From Candidatus Lustribacter sp. (lineage in GTDB: Bacteria > Vulcanimicrobiota > Vulcanimicrobiia > Vulcanimicrobiales > Vulcanimicrobiaceae), in NCBI GenBank assembly GCA_965277805.1, contig OZ255842.1, positions 3,520,001 to 3,584,000 of the forward strand: DNA of 64,000 nt, in the 5' to 3' direction. A program made the position numbers and the translations under genes. Below, piece after piece: positions 28,852 to 38,265 of the stretch; positions within the stretch are counted from its first letter, which is position 1, and each line of letters starts with the position of its first letter. The notes under the pieces are model-generated. The model saw only the letters and a list, made by a program, of their open reading frames with translations. It did not search any database and was not told the origin of the DNA.

Positions 28852-29790
28852 GTGCATCGTTACCAATTCCTTGCCTCAATGAGCGCGACGGCGGCCTTCG
28901 GCGCCTCGACGATACGACGCGCGTCGGCGCAAACCACGCTCACGTCCATTCGCATCGGCTCCACGGCATCGGAGGCGACCGGACAGGCGTTCTATGCCGC
29001 CGATCAAGGCTTTTTCCACAGTCACGGCCTCGACGCGCAAATCACGGCGCTGACATCCGGCCCGGCCGGTGCGGCGGCAATGGTCGCGGGAGATCTCGAC
29101 GTTGTCGAAGTCGATACCGTGACGCTCGCCAAAGCCTACGATCACGATCAGCCGTTCGTCTTCATCGCTGCGGGACTGCTCCACACGCCCAAGGCTCCGA
29201 CGCTCGGCATCATCTTGCGCGATGCCAGCGCGCCGAGCAGCTACAACGGGAAAACGTTTGCCGTAAATGCGCTGCAAAACATCGCCGTCGTCTTGGGCGA
29301 CGCGTGGATCGACCGCAACGGCGGCGACGCAAAAACCCTAAAGTGGGTTGAGATGCCGTTCCCGGCTATGACCGCGGCGCTGCAACGCGGGATCATCGAT
29401 GGCTATCCCGCACCGGAACCGTTTCTCAGCCAAGCCGTAAAAGCCGGACTTCACGTGGATTACTTGGTGAAAAATCCGCTCGCCCCGGCAATCATGCAGG
29501 GCGGCTGGATCGTAACGCGCGACTGGGTGGCGAAGAATGGCGCCACCGCGCGCGCCTTCGCCGCGGCGATGCGCGACGCGGGTAACTGGGCGAACCACGA
29601 TCGCACGGACTCCGGTAACATCCTCGTCAAATATAGTAAGATGGCGCCCGACGTCATCGCCGGCATGGGTCGCGGGGACTACGAGGATCGACTGGATCCC
29701 GCAACGATTCAGCCCCTGATCGATGCGAGCGCGCACTACGGAATCATCTCGAAGAGTTTCCCCGCGCGGAACATCATCGTCACACTCTGA
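28852..29790 (+). CDS. ABC substrate-binding protein (SsuA/THI5-like)
   Basis: YAADQGFF..GLD, VEMPFPAMTAALQRG..EPF. Confidence 0.8.
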   Translation: MHRYQFLASMSATAAFGASTIRRASAQTTLTSIRIGSTASEATGQAFYAADQGFFHSHGLDAQITALTSGPAGAAAMVAGDLDVVEVDTVTLAKAYDHDQPFVFIAAGLLHTPKAPTLGIILRDASAPSSYNGKTFAVNALQNIAVVLGDAWIDRNGGDAKTLKWVEMPFPAMTAALQRGIIDGYPAPEPFLSQAVKAGLHVDYLVKNPLAPAIMQGGWIVTRDWVAKNGATARAFAAAMRDAGNWANHDRTDSGNILVKYSKMAPDVIAGMGRGDYEDRLDPATIQPLIDASAHYGIISKSFPARNIIVTL

Positions 29791-29828
29791 GGCCTTGCCG
29801 CCCGTGATGCTCGTCGCAGTGGGCGGGC

Positions 29829-31037
29829 ATGAACATCACCGCTCTGCAATTCGGCCTTTATCGCGACGGCGATAATAACCTCGATACGGTTCAGTCACCG
29901 GTCATCGATCAAGCCTTCCGCGTCAGCGCCGCCGACGCCCAAATCGCCGTCACGGTCGAAGATACGACCGCACGGCGCGACTTCGTTCAAGACGGCGGCC
30001 GGCGCACCGAGTCCTACGATCTGCGCGGCGGCGAGATCGACGGTCCGGTGCAGGTCGACGCGCCGCACGACCCATCCTCGCGCGAGAACCTCGCGCGCTT
30101 CGTCGCCCGCACGCTCGATGCGGCGCAGCATAACAATGCCAAACAAACCTGGATCGACCTCGTCGATCACGGCGGCGGCGACGGCGGCGGCCTCGAAAGC
30201 GACAGCCACCACGGGATCATGTCATCGACCGATATGGCCGGCGCGATCGCCGACGGCATCGCACTGCACGCGCAAGCGCATCCCGAAGATGCCGGCCGCA
30301 CGATCGATGGCGTTGTCGCAAACCAATGTCTGATGTCGACGCTGGGGTTTGCCGACGCGCTCAGTCAGGACGGCGTGAAGTATCTCGCGGCATCGCCGGA
30401 GACGATGCTCGCACCGGGCACGCCGACCAGCGTGGCCGAAGACATCGCCAGTCACATCGATGATCCAGCCGCGATGGCGAAGGCGATCGTGAAGGATACG
30501 ATGCACACGAAGTACGGCATGCCCGGCATGGGCTCGTACACGCCGGCCGCCGCAATGGACGTGCTCGATCTCGACGCAACGAAGATCGGCGCGATGCGTT
30601 CGGCAGTGAAGACGCTCGATAGCGCTCTCACGACCGCGGCCAAGAGCAGCGACCCGGCGCGAGCCGCCATTCTCGACGATGCCCGCTCGGTCGATGGCAT
30701 GGTGCGCTTCGACGACGGCAAACTGCCCTGGCACGCCGATCGCCCGGCGATCGCCCTCTACGACACGTTCGCGCGAGACACGCGTCTTTCGAACGACGTT
30801 CGTAGCGCCGCTGCGGCCGCTTCGAAGGCAGTCGGCGACATCGTGCTCGCGCACAAGGAGAGCAAGGATTTCGCCGCCTTCGGCGGAGCCGACTACCGCG
30901 ATGCCGTTGGACCGACCGTGCACTTCGCGACCAATCGCGGCCAACTCGACCCGTGGGCGCCGAAGGTCAGCGAAACGCGCACCGCCTTTTACAAAGAAGT
31001 CGGCGCCGCCAAATTGGACAAAGCCCTGCTTGCCTGA
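29829..31037 (+). CDS. Clostripain-like (C11) cysteine peptidase, no evident signal peptide
   Basis: DGDNNL, DHGGG, CLMS, LAASPE. Confidence 0.75.
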   Translation: MNITALQFGLYRDGDNNLDTVQSPVIDQAFRVSAADAQIAVTVEDTTARRDFVQDGGRRTESYDLRGGEIDGPVQVDAPHDPSSRENLARFVARTLDAAQHNNAKQTWIDLVDHGGGDGGGLESDSHHGIMSSTDMAGAIADGIALHAQAHPEDAGRTIDGVVANQCLMSTLGFADALSQDGVKYLAASPETMLAPGTPTSVAEDIASHIDDPAAMAKAIVKDTMHTKYGMPGMGSYTPAAAMDVLDLDATKIGAMRSAVKTLDSALTTAAKSSDPARAAILDDARSVDGMVRFDDGKLPWHADRPAIALYDTFARDTRLSNDVRSAAAAASKAVGDIVLAHKESKDFAAFGGADYRDAVGPTVHFATNRGQLDPWAPKVSETRTAFYKEVGAAKLDKALLA

Positions 31038-31040
31038 GCC

Positions 31041-31076
31041 TTGTACGGCATTCGCCTGAGTAGTACAATGTTCTAC
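31041..31076 (+). promoter_or_regulatory. Sigma70-type promoter TTGTAC-N17-TACAAT with overlapping imperfect palindrome (likely TA autoregulatory operator)
   Basis: -35 at 31041, -10 at 31064; gtagtacaatgttctac at 31060-31076; ATG 7 nt after -10. Confidence 0.65.
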
Positions 31077-31334
31077 ATGCGATCGGTCATTCGCCGGCTC
31101 GGCAACTCCCAGGGCGTCTCAATTCCAAAAAGCATGCTCGACGAAGCCGGCCTAGCAATTGATTCGCCGATCGATATCGCGGTCGACGGCACGACGATCG
31201 TGCTGCGTAAGGTCGCGGTTCATCCCCGTGAGGGGTGGGAAGCGGACGCCGCACTCGTCACCTATGACGCTGAGGACCGCGATTGGCTCGAAGCCGATCT
31301 CGACGCAAAAGCTCGCGCCGGGCACACGTGGTAG
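31077..31334 (+). CDS. mazE: AbrB/MazE-family antitoxin
   Basis: IRRLGNSQGVSIPK, PREGW. Confidence 0.85.
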   Translation: MRSVIRRLGNSQGVSIPKSMLDEAGLAIDSPIDIAVDGTTIVLRKVAVHPREGWEADAALVTYDAEDRDWLEADLDAKARAGHTW

Positions 31335-31651
31335 CCCGGCGCAGCGAGGTCTATTGGGTCAGCCTCGATCCCGCAGTAGGCACCGAGATACGTAAGACAC
31401 GGCCGTGCGTTATCGTCTCACCCGACGAACTAAATTCGCGTCTGCAACATGTCATCGTCGCTCCGCTGACGGGCACGATTCGTCCATATCAGTTTCGGGT
31501 GACAACGAGCGTTGCCGGGCGGCCATCTTCCGTCGTTCTCGATCAACTGCGAACGGTTGATACTGCGCGTCTCGGGGAGCGCGTTGGAAAAGTCGACACG
31601 CGGACGATGCGAGACATCCTTGGCAAACTCCAAGCAATGTTCGCCGAGTGA
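31328..31651 (+). CDS. mazF: PemK/MazF-family endoribonuclease toxin
   Basis: LDPAVGTEIRKTRPCVIVS, LDQLRTVD. Confidence 0.9.
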   Translation: MVARRSEVYWVSLDPAVGTEIRKTRPCVIVSPDELNSRLQHVIVAPLTGTIRPYQFRVTTSVAGRPSSVVLDQLRTVDTARLGERVGKVDTRTMRDILGKLQAMFAE

Positions 31652-31781
31652 GTGCTCTGAGCTAGGCTTCTGCGGCGGGCATTGCGCTTGTAATGCCCGG
31701 TGAACGTCCGATCGGGCGTGCGTTCGACCTCGTGTATCCGGTCCGGCCGTTGACTCACACCGGGCACGCGGATACGCTATC

Positions 31782-32099
31782 GTGGATACGATGTCGGATA
31801 TCAGGCAAGCTCGCAGCGCGCTCGCGGCGCGTCTTCTTGACGGGCCGGGTACGGCCTCGTCCGCACAGCGCCGCGCAGCGTTCGACAATGCAGCGCCTCC
31901 CGGCGATCTAGGCCGCCTGATCGACAAGGTGGCGAATGACGCCGGCGCGGTCGGAGATGCGGACGTCGGGGCGGTTTTAGCTGCGGGACTCAGCGAAGAC
32001 GAGGTCTTTGAGCTCGGCGTTTGCGCGGCAGCCGGAGCGGCGACGCGCCAATATGAAGTGGCGCTCACGGCCCTCGACGCCGCGACCCAAGGCGCTTGA
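31782..32099 (+). CDS. Hypothetical protein (AhpD-like partner)
   Basis: Ala-rich ORF coupled to the downstream AhpD-like gene; AGLSEDEVFEL. Confidence 0.6.
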   Translation: MDTMSDIRQARSALAARLLDGPGTASSAQRRAAFDNAAPPGDLGRLIDKVANDAGAVGDADVGAVLAAGLSEDEVFELGVCAAAGAATRQYEVALTALDAATQGA

Positions 32100-32101
32100 C
32101 C

Positions 32102-32683
32102 ATGCGCTTGACGGTCCTCGAACGCGGCCACGCTTTCGGTACCAAGGCGTTCTTTGCGTTTATTCGCACGGTGTCGCGGCAACCGGTCCCCGACATCCTC
32201 AAGCTGCTGGCGTATCGCCCCGAATTCTTCGGAAATAACATGAAAGCCATTACGCACGAGGCGATGCGCGGGCCGTCGGCGTGGTCAGTCGGCGACCGCG
32301 AGCTGATGGCCGCGACGGTTTCTACCGTGAACGCCAGCGAATATTGCATCAAGGCCCACACCGCGACGTCGGCGCTGGCCTACCAGGATTCGGCGAAGAC
32401 GCGCGCAGCACTCGAGGATATCGACAACGCAAACATCGGCGAACCGCTCCGCGCGACGCTGCGTCTGCTGCGTAAACTCACCCGAGACAACTCCGTAAGC
32501 GCAGACGACGTGCGCGCGGCGCTGGCTGCCGGCGTCTCGCGCGCGCAGATCGAGGACGCGCTTGCCGTTGCCTTCGCATTCAACATCATCAATCGTTTGG
32601 CCGACACGTTCGAATTCGATGTGCCGGGTGCCGAGACGTTTAAAGCCGGTGCGAAGTACCTGCTCGCGCGCGGTTACCGCTGA
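32102..32683 (+). CDS. AhpD/carboxymuconolactone decarboxylase-like protein
   Basis: WSVGDRELMA, YCIKAH, FNIINRLAD. Confidence 0.8.
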   Translation: MRLTVLERGHAFGTKAFFAFIRTVSRQPVPDILKLLAYRPEFFGNNMKAITHEAMRGPSAWSVGDRELMAATVSTVNASEYCIKAHTATSALAYQDSAKTRAALEDIDNANIGEPLRATLRLLRKLTRDNSVSADDVRAALAAGVSRAQIEDALAVAFAFNIINRLADTFEFDVPGAETFKAGAKYLLARGYR

Positions 32684-32724
32684 GTAACAAACGAAAGGCG
32701 GCGGCCGGCGTCGAAGGCCTCCGG

Positions 32725-33093
32725 ATGCAATTCGTTCCGCACATCGACCCGGCGCTGCCGTTCTCCACCGCCGTCATCGTGGACGGCATCGCCTACATGT
32801 CGGGCAACATCGGGATCTTGCCGGATGGCTCGGTACCGCCCGGACTCGAGCGGCAATCGCGGCTCGCGCTCGACAACATGATCGCAGCGCTGAAGCTCGC
32901 CGGGTGCGCGCTCGAAGACGTCTTCAAGTGCACGGTGATGCTCGCCGACATGAACGACTGGCCCGCGTTCAACAAAATCTACCTCGAGTATTTTCCGGCG
33001 AGCCGTCTCCCGGCGCGCAGCGCGTTCGGAACGACCGGGCTTGCGCTCGGCGCCCTCGTCGAGATCGAGTGCCTGGCGAAAGTGCCGTCCTAG
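32725..33093 (+). CDS. RidA/YjgF family protein
   Basis: LPARSAFG..LALGALVEIE. Confidence 0.9.
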   Translation: MQFVPHIDPALPFSTAVIVDGIAYMSGNIGILPDGSVPPGLERQSRLALDNMIAALKLAGCALEDVFKCTVMLADMNDWPAFNKIYLEYFPASRLPARSAFGTTGLALGALVEIECLAKVPS

Positions 33094-33147
33094 ACGCAGC
33101 CGCGCCCGCCGGAGGCCGCCCGGCCAGTCCGTGCGAACGGGTTTGGG

Positions 33148-33912
33148 ATGCAGCTTGATAGCCGGTCCCTGTCAGAGCGCGCCGACGAGCTCGAAACCGC
33201 CATGGCGCTCGCGCTCGAGAACGTCACCCCGGTGAAGTCGGTCATCTACATGTCCGGCGAACGCGATCCGCGCGACGGTCCGCTGGTGAAGTCGCGCGAC
33301 CCCAAGTTTCAGGGCAAACTCAAGCTGATGGGACCGGATCCGCGCCTCGCGCCGATGCCGGCCAAACCGACGCTGATCGACTTCTTCAAGCTGCGCTTCG
33401 CGGGGATGCACATGCTGCAGTCGGCGCGGCTGGCGCGCGCGAACGGACTCGAAGACAAAGTCGTGCTCGCATGCCTGCTCCACGACATCGCGGTTGCCGG
33501 CTTCATTCAAGGCGACCACGGTTACTGGGGCGCGCAGATGATCGAGCCGTATGTCGATGAAGAGATCACCTGGGCCGTGCGCGCGCACCAAGCGTTGCGT
33601 TTCTATCCCGATCCCGACGTCGGCTACGAGTATCCGGAAGTGTACATCACGAACTTCGGCGCCGACTACAAACCCGACCCGCACATCCAGCGCGAGTACG
33701 AACGCGCGCGCAAACACAAGTGGTATATGACCTCGCGCATGATCACGGTTTGGGACATCTATTCGTTCGACAAAGACGTCACGGTCGACATCGACGATTT
33801 CACCGACCTCATCGCGGAACATTTCCGGACGCCCGAAGAGGGCTTGGGCTTCGACGATTCGCCGAGCGCGCACATGTGGCGCACGATGAACATGCCCACG
33901 CGGATGCTCTAA
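33148..33912 (+). CDS. HD-domain protein of unknown function
   Basis: HMLQSA, ACLLHDI, DHGYWGAQ, AHQALRF. Confidence 0.7.
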   Translation: MQLDSRSLSERADELETAMALALENVTPVKSVIYMSGERDPRDGPLVKSRDPKFQGKLKLMGPDPRLAPMPAKPTLIDFFKLRFAGMHMLQSARLARANGLEDKVVLACLLHDIAVAGFIQGDHGYWGAQMIEPYVDEEITWAVRAHQALRFYPDPDVGYEYPEVYITNFGADYKPDPHIQREYERARKHKWYMTSRMITVWDIYSFDKDVTVDIDDFTDLIAEHFRTPEEGLGFDDSPSAHMWRTMNMPTRML

Positions 33913-33916
33913 CTCG

Positions 33917-34612
33917 ATGTCGCAGACGATCCGCATCCAAGCCGATGACGGCGGTTCGTTCGACGCCTACCTTGCGTTGCCGCAAGAACGGCCGGCGCCT
34001 GCGCTGATCGTGGTCTCGTCGATCTACGGCGTCAACCGCGGCCTCAAGCAAACGATCGAGCGCTACGCTCGACGCGGGTACATCGTCGTTGCGCCGGATA
34101 TCTTCTGGCGCACGCACCCCGGACCGATCGAGAGCAACGAGCGGGCCGAAGCGATGGCACGCCTCAACGCCTATCAGATCGGCCCGGGCATGGATGATCT
34201 ACGCGCGACGCGCGACGCGCTCCAGCAGCTTCCGGAATGGAACGGCAAGTTCGCCGTTGTCGGCTTCTGCTTCGGCGGCCAGCATGCGTTCCTCGGGCTC
34301 ACCCGGCTCGGCGCCGACGCCGGCGTGTCGTACCACGGCACGAGCATCGAGAACTATCTCGACGAAGCGCCGCGCGTGACGAAGCCGTTCAGCTTTCACT
34401 TCGGCAGCGAAGACGATCTCGTTCCGCCCGCGGCGCTCGAAGCGATCCGGACCGCCTTAGCCGGCAAGACGGGCGATATCGTGGTGCACGACGGTGCCGG
34501 TCACGGTTTCGCGCGCGAAGATTCCGCCGGGTACGTCGAGGCCGTCGCGCACGCGTCGGAAGAACAGGCGTTCATCATGCTCGACGAGCTGAAAACCGTC
34601 GCGGTCGTCTAA
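33917..34612 (+). CDS. Dienelactone hydrolase family protein
   Basis: GFCFGG, SYHG, AGHGF. Confidence 0.9.
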   Translation: MSQTIRIQADDGGSFDAYLALPQERPAPALIVVSSIYGVNRGLKQTIERYARRGYIVVAPDIFWRTHPGPIESNERAEAMARLNAYQIGPGMDDLRATRDALQQLPEWNGKFAVVGFCFGGQHAFLGLTRLGADAGVSYHGTSIENYLDEAPRVTKPFSFHFGSEDDLVPPAALEAIRTALAGKTGDIVVHDGAGHGFAREDSAGYVEAVAHASEEQAFIMLDELKTVAVV

Positions 34613-35559
34613 GTCCAGAACAGGTCTTTCGCGCTGACCGGCTTGTCGAGGAGTTTGTAGGCAAACGCCTTGTCGAGCAGCGGCTGCGCGTAGCGCGCTT
34701 CGAGCGCGGTTCCAAACGGAATGCGCGTCTGGCTGAGCAACGAGCTCAGATCGCGCTTCGACATCTTCGCAAAAAGCGCGGCCGCATCGGCCTTGTGCGT
34801 GTTGGCCCACGTCGCGGTCTGATATAACGTTGCAACGAGCTTGCGCGCGAGCGGGCCGTGCGTCGCGAGATACGATCGGCGCGCGACCCACACGCCCGTA
34901 TAGAACGCCGGCGCGATCGCCGCATACGGGTAGCCGATCGCGCGCGTGTCGGCCGCGTACTGACTCGTGAACGGCTCACCGAGCAAACCGGCCGCAACGG
35001 TCCCGCGCGCGAGCGCCGGCCCGACTTGCGCGAACGGGATCTCGAAAATCTTCACCCGGCTCGGATCGGCCCCGCCGGCCTTCAGCCATTCCGAGACGGC
35101 GATGCCCTCGGTGCCTTGCAGGTTGGTGACGCTGACGGTCTTGTCTTCCAGGTCTTTTGCGTTCTGGATCGCGCTGCTCTTGGCGACGCACAGCGGAATC
35201 GTCGTTTGATCCGAGGTGAACATCCCGCCCGCGGCGATCATCGTGACGTCGACGCCGCGGTTGAACGCACTGGCCAACTGAATCAGATTGGCCGTGCCGA
35301 TGTCGAGCGCGTTGCCGACAACCGCTTGCAGCGTGATCGACGCGTTCGGGAAGATTTGGATGTTCGGGTTCAACCCGGCGCGCTTGAAATAGCCGAGGCT
35401 GTCGGCGTAGTACGGCTCCATGTACGGCTCGGCCAGCACCACGCCGATGCTGATGTCGGCCGGCGGCGTCTGCGCACGTGCCGCGGCGGGGAACCCGAGC
35501 GCGGAGGCAGCGCCGATGGCAGCGAGCGCCGCAGATCGTGACATTCCATGGGAGGCCAT
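34609..35559 (-). CDS. ABC substrate-binding protein (SsuA/THI5-like)
   Basis: YYADSLGYFKRAGL, EIPFAQV..EPF; signal peptide. Confidence 0.8.
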   Translation of the reverse strand: MASHGMSRSAALAAIGAASALGFPAAARAQTPPADISIGVVLAEPYMEPYYADSLGYFKRAGLNPNIQIFPNASITLQAVVGNALDIGTANLIQLASAFNRGVDVTMIAAGGMFTSDQTTIPLCVAKSSAIQNAKDLEDKTVSVTNLQGTEGIAVSEWLKAGGADPSRVKIFEIPFAQVGPALARGTVAAGLLGEPFTSQYAADTRAIGYPYAAIAPAFYTGVWVARRSYLATHGPLARKLVATLYQTATWANTHKADAAALFAKMSKRDLSSLLSQTRIPFGTALEARYAQPLLDKAFAYKLLDKPVSAKDLFWT

Positions 35560-35634
35560 GCCGCCACATGTGTCGCTCGCCGCATCCTCTCCTGTGTTGA
35601 AAGAACGGCCGAAATTGGGCAAGAAAGCCCGGCG

Positions 35635-36675
35635 ATGCTCAAGCCGCCCATCCCGCCCGACGAAACCGCCCGGCTCGCGACACTGAAGAACTTGGGCATC
35701 TTGTACACTCCGGCCGAGGAGCGCTATGACCGCATCACGCGCCTCGCGTCGCGGCTGCTCGGCACCCCGATCGCGCTCGTATCGCTGGTCGCGGAGCGCA
35801 CCAAGTGGTTCAAGTCGGCGCAGGGGCTCGACGCCGCCGAAACCTCGCGCGAGGTCTCGTTCTGCGGTCATGCGATTCTCGGCAGCGATACGCTCGTGGT
35901 CAACGACGCCACGCACGACGAGCGTTTTGCCGACAACCCGCTCGTCACCGGATCCCCCGACATCCGCTTCTACGCCGGCCATCCGATCCACGCCGCCGAC
36001 GGCATGCCGATCGGCACGCTGTGCGTCATCGACCGTAAGCCGCATGAGTTCGAAGAGTCCGATCGCGCCACGTTGCGCGACCTCGCGGCCCTGGTCGAAG
36101 CCGAATTGCAGCGCGAAGAACTGACCGATTCACAGCGCAAGTGGCTGGTCGAACGCGACGAGTTGCTGGAGAAATCGTCGGTGGATAGTTTGACGCATGC
36201 CTGGAACCGCGGCGCGATCATGGAACTGCTGGCCGGCGAAGTGACCCGCGCCGAGCGCGGCACGCCGCTGAGCGTCGCCATGGTCGACATCGATCACTTC
36301 AAGAACGTCAACGACACGTACGGTCATCAAACGGGCGACGCTGTCCTGACCGAGGTCGCGTCCCGGCTCGCGAGCGCCGTTCGCGACTTCGATCGCATCG
36401 GCCGTTACGGCGGCGAAGAATTTCTCGTCGTGCTCAGCAATTGCGGCGACGGCGAAGCCGATACGGTCTGCGAACGCATGCGGGCGAAGATCGCCGGCGA
36501 GCCGATCCAGGCTCGCGACGGCACGGCCGTTGCGGTGACGGCCAGCATCGGCGTCACCACGTTCCGCAGCGGCATCGCGAGCGGCGACGAACTGATCGCG
36601 GCTGCCGATCAAGCCCTGTATGCAGCGAAGGATTCCGGCCGCAACCGCGTCGTGCGCGGGCCGGCTCGACCTTAG
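35635..36675 (+). CDS. GAF-GGDEF diguanylate cyclase
   Basis: SFCGHAI, FYAGHP, DIDHFKNVNDTYGH, RYGGEEF. Confidence 0.93.
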   Translation: MLKPPIPPDETARLATLKNLGILYTPAEERYDRITRLASRLLGTPIALVSLVAERTKWFKSAQGLDAAETSREVSFCGHAILGSDTLVVNDATHDERFADNPLVTGSPDIRFYAGHPIHAADGMPIGTLCVIDRKPHEFEESDRATLRDLAALVEAELQREELTDSQRKWLVERDELLEKSSVDSLTHAWNRGAIMELLAGEVTRAERGTPLSVAMVDIDHFKNVNDTYGHQTGDAVLTEVASRLASAVRDFDRIGRYGGEEFLVVLSNCGDGEADTVCERMRAKIAGEPIQARDGTAVAVTASIGVTTFRSGIASGDELIAAADQALYAAKDSGRNRVVRGPARP

Positions 36676-36734
36676 CCGCCCGAGCCGGCGCGCTCTCGCC
36701 GCATGAGTTGCGTGACGAGCTGCCGTGCTTTGAT
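36672..36734 (-). pseudogene. Probable C-terminal remnant of the interrupted Rieske oxygenase
   Basis: High-GC IKARQLVTQLMRRERAGSGG*; stop overlaps the convergent GGDEF stop. Confidence 0.45.
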
Positions 36735-36796
36735 TTCCTCATCGTTATACTGCATCATCTGTAGTGATGATGTCGGTCACTTCAGTGTTCATGTTA

Positions 36797-36988
36797 TTAT
36801 TTCTTCCACTTACTGCTGAGTCGTGACATTATTTGAGGCCATTTAACCCATGCTATTCCTGCTAAGAAAGCGAGCGCGGTTGGCCATATATACTTTTTGA
36901 GTTTTGCTTTCTTTGCGAAAAAGGCTCTAACTTCAGGGCCAAAGTTATCATACATGTTCGATTTGTACCCTAGAGGGATTGATGGCAA
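36797..36988 (-). CDS. Small hypothetical membrane peptide
   Basis: 63-aa ORF with one hydrophobic segment flanked by Lys; inside the AT-rich insert. Confidence 0.3.
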   Translation of the reverse strand: MPSIPLGYKSNMYDNFGPEVRAFFAKKAKLKKYIWPTALAFLAGIAWVKWPQIMSRLSSKWKK

Positions 36989-37007
36989 CCTTTCTTGATA
37001 ACTGGTA

Positions 37008-37730
37008 ATGCGCCGTGAAGATTGGATGCCCGCGTTACCAGGCTTTGGTTATCTAACATTTGTCTTTGTCGTCGTCATCTGCGCCGTCTTTGGTCCACAT
37101 TGGTTAGCACAGTTGAACTTTCCTGAGCGCATTGACTTTTGGGTCAATCTAGGCGTTTCAATCGGTACACTCGCACTAGCTGGCGTTACGGCGTGGAACG
37201 TGCTGCAAACACGCGATGTGATTTCCAGCGAAGAACGTCGTCACCAGCGTGAGTATGCACCGTTGCTTGAAATGGGTATGAGGGTATCTACTGGGCGAGA
37301 CGAGATGTGGCACAACTACATGATTCGAAACATCGGACGGGGGATTGCACTCAACGTTCAAATCTTCATAGTCGCCTCCAGTAAAATCGGGCGTTACGTT
37401 TATGACCCTGAAGGCGAGATTGATTATGAAGAAAATCCGTTCGCTTATTCTGACCCGACGATTATTCCGCAAAAATACGTTTACGATTGGATTGAGCCAA
37501 AAATTGAACAATTCATATCTGCCATTGCTGCGGGTGTTGAGGATAGACCAATAGATAAACTTTTCTATGAAAAGGTCGATGTGTTATCGCGTGAATATCC
37601 AATATGCAAAGCAGTCTATTACGACATGTTTGGCAACAAATATGAAACTATCTACGACAAATCCATGGACCGCTACCACTGGGAACAGCCGAAAGTGCTC
37701 AAATTTCGCAATTCACTGAAAGACGATTAG
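37008..37730 (+). CDS. Hypothetical membrane protein (two N-terminal TM segments)
   Basis: 240-aa ORF in the AT-rich insert; IRNIGRGIALNV and YYDMFGNKY motifs. Confidence 0.65.
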   Translation: MRREDWMPALPGFGYLTFVFVVVICAVFGPHWLAQLNFPERIDFWVNLGVSIGTLALAGVTAWNVLQTRDVISSEERRHQREYAPLLEMGMRVSTGRDEMWHNYMIRNIGRGIALNVQIFIVASSKIGRYVYDPEGEIDYEENPFAYSDPTIIPQKYVYDWIEPKIEQFISAIAAGVEDRPIDKLFYEKVDVLSREYPICKAVYYDMFGNKYETIYDKSMDRYHWEQPKVLKFRNSLKDD

Positions 37731-38263
37731 TACGGCGTTGGACTTGGAAGGGGATAAGTGGATGGGCAGAACTGCAGGTTCTCGTGAATGAGTTCCGACC
37801 GGCAGCGAAAGCGGATCGTGCCGCCGATCGACATGTGAAACTGCGCATTGACGAGGCCCAACTCGCTGACGTCGGGCAATAGCGCGTCATCGGCCGCAGC
37901 GTCTTCGCCCATCCAAATCCACACGGCGCCGCCACGCTCGCGCGTCGGATAACGCCGCACCGCATATGCCGGCGGAACGCGCGCTTGCGACGGGATCGCA
38001 ACGCACCGGCCGTCCGAATCGTACGTGAAGCCATGATAACCGCAGACAATCCGCTCTCCGTCTACCGCACCGAGCGAGAGCGGATAGCCGCGATGGATGC
38101 AGCGGTCGGCCAACGCCACGACTTCGCCACTGCCGGTGCGGTAAAGCACGACCGGTTCGTCAAGAAAACGATTCGCCGACGGCGTCCCCCCAACGCCGGA
38201 TGACCAGGCCGCGACGTACCACGCATTGCGGACGAAATCGACGTGATCCTTGAACGGATACAT
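37727..38263 (-). pseudogene. Truncated Rieske oxygenase (VanA-like), N-terminal half only
   Basis: NAWYVAAWS, CIHRGYPL..CGYHG; ends just after HENL, before the mononuclear-iron ligands. Confidence 0.8.
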
Positions 38264-38265
38264 CG

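Larger units (their letters stand above)
36735..37771. mobile_element. AT-rich foreign insert (about 1 kb) with no transposase or integrase
   Basis: Abrupt composition shift at both ends; right edge coincides with loss of Rieske homology. Confidence 0.65.
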
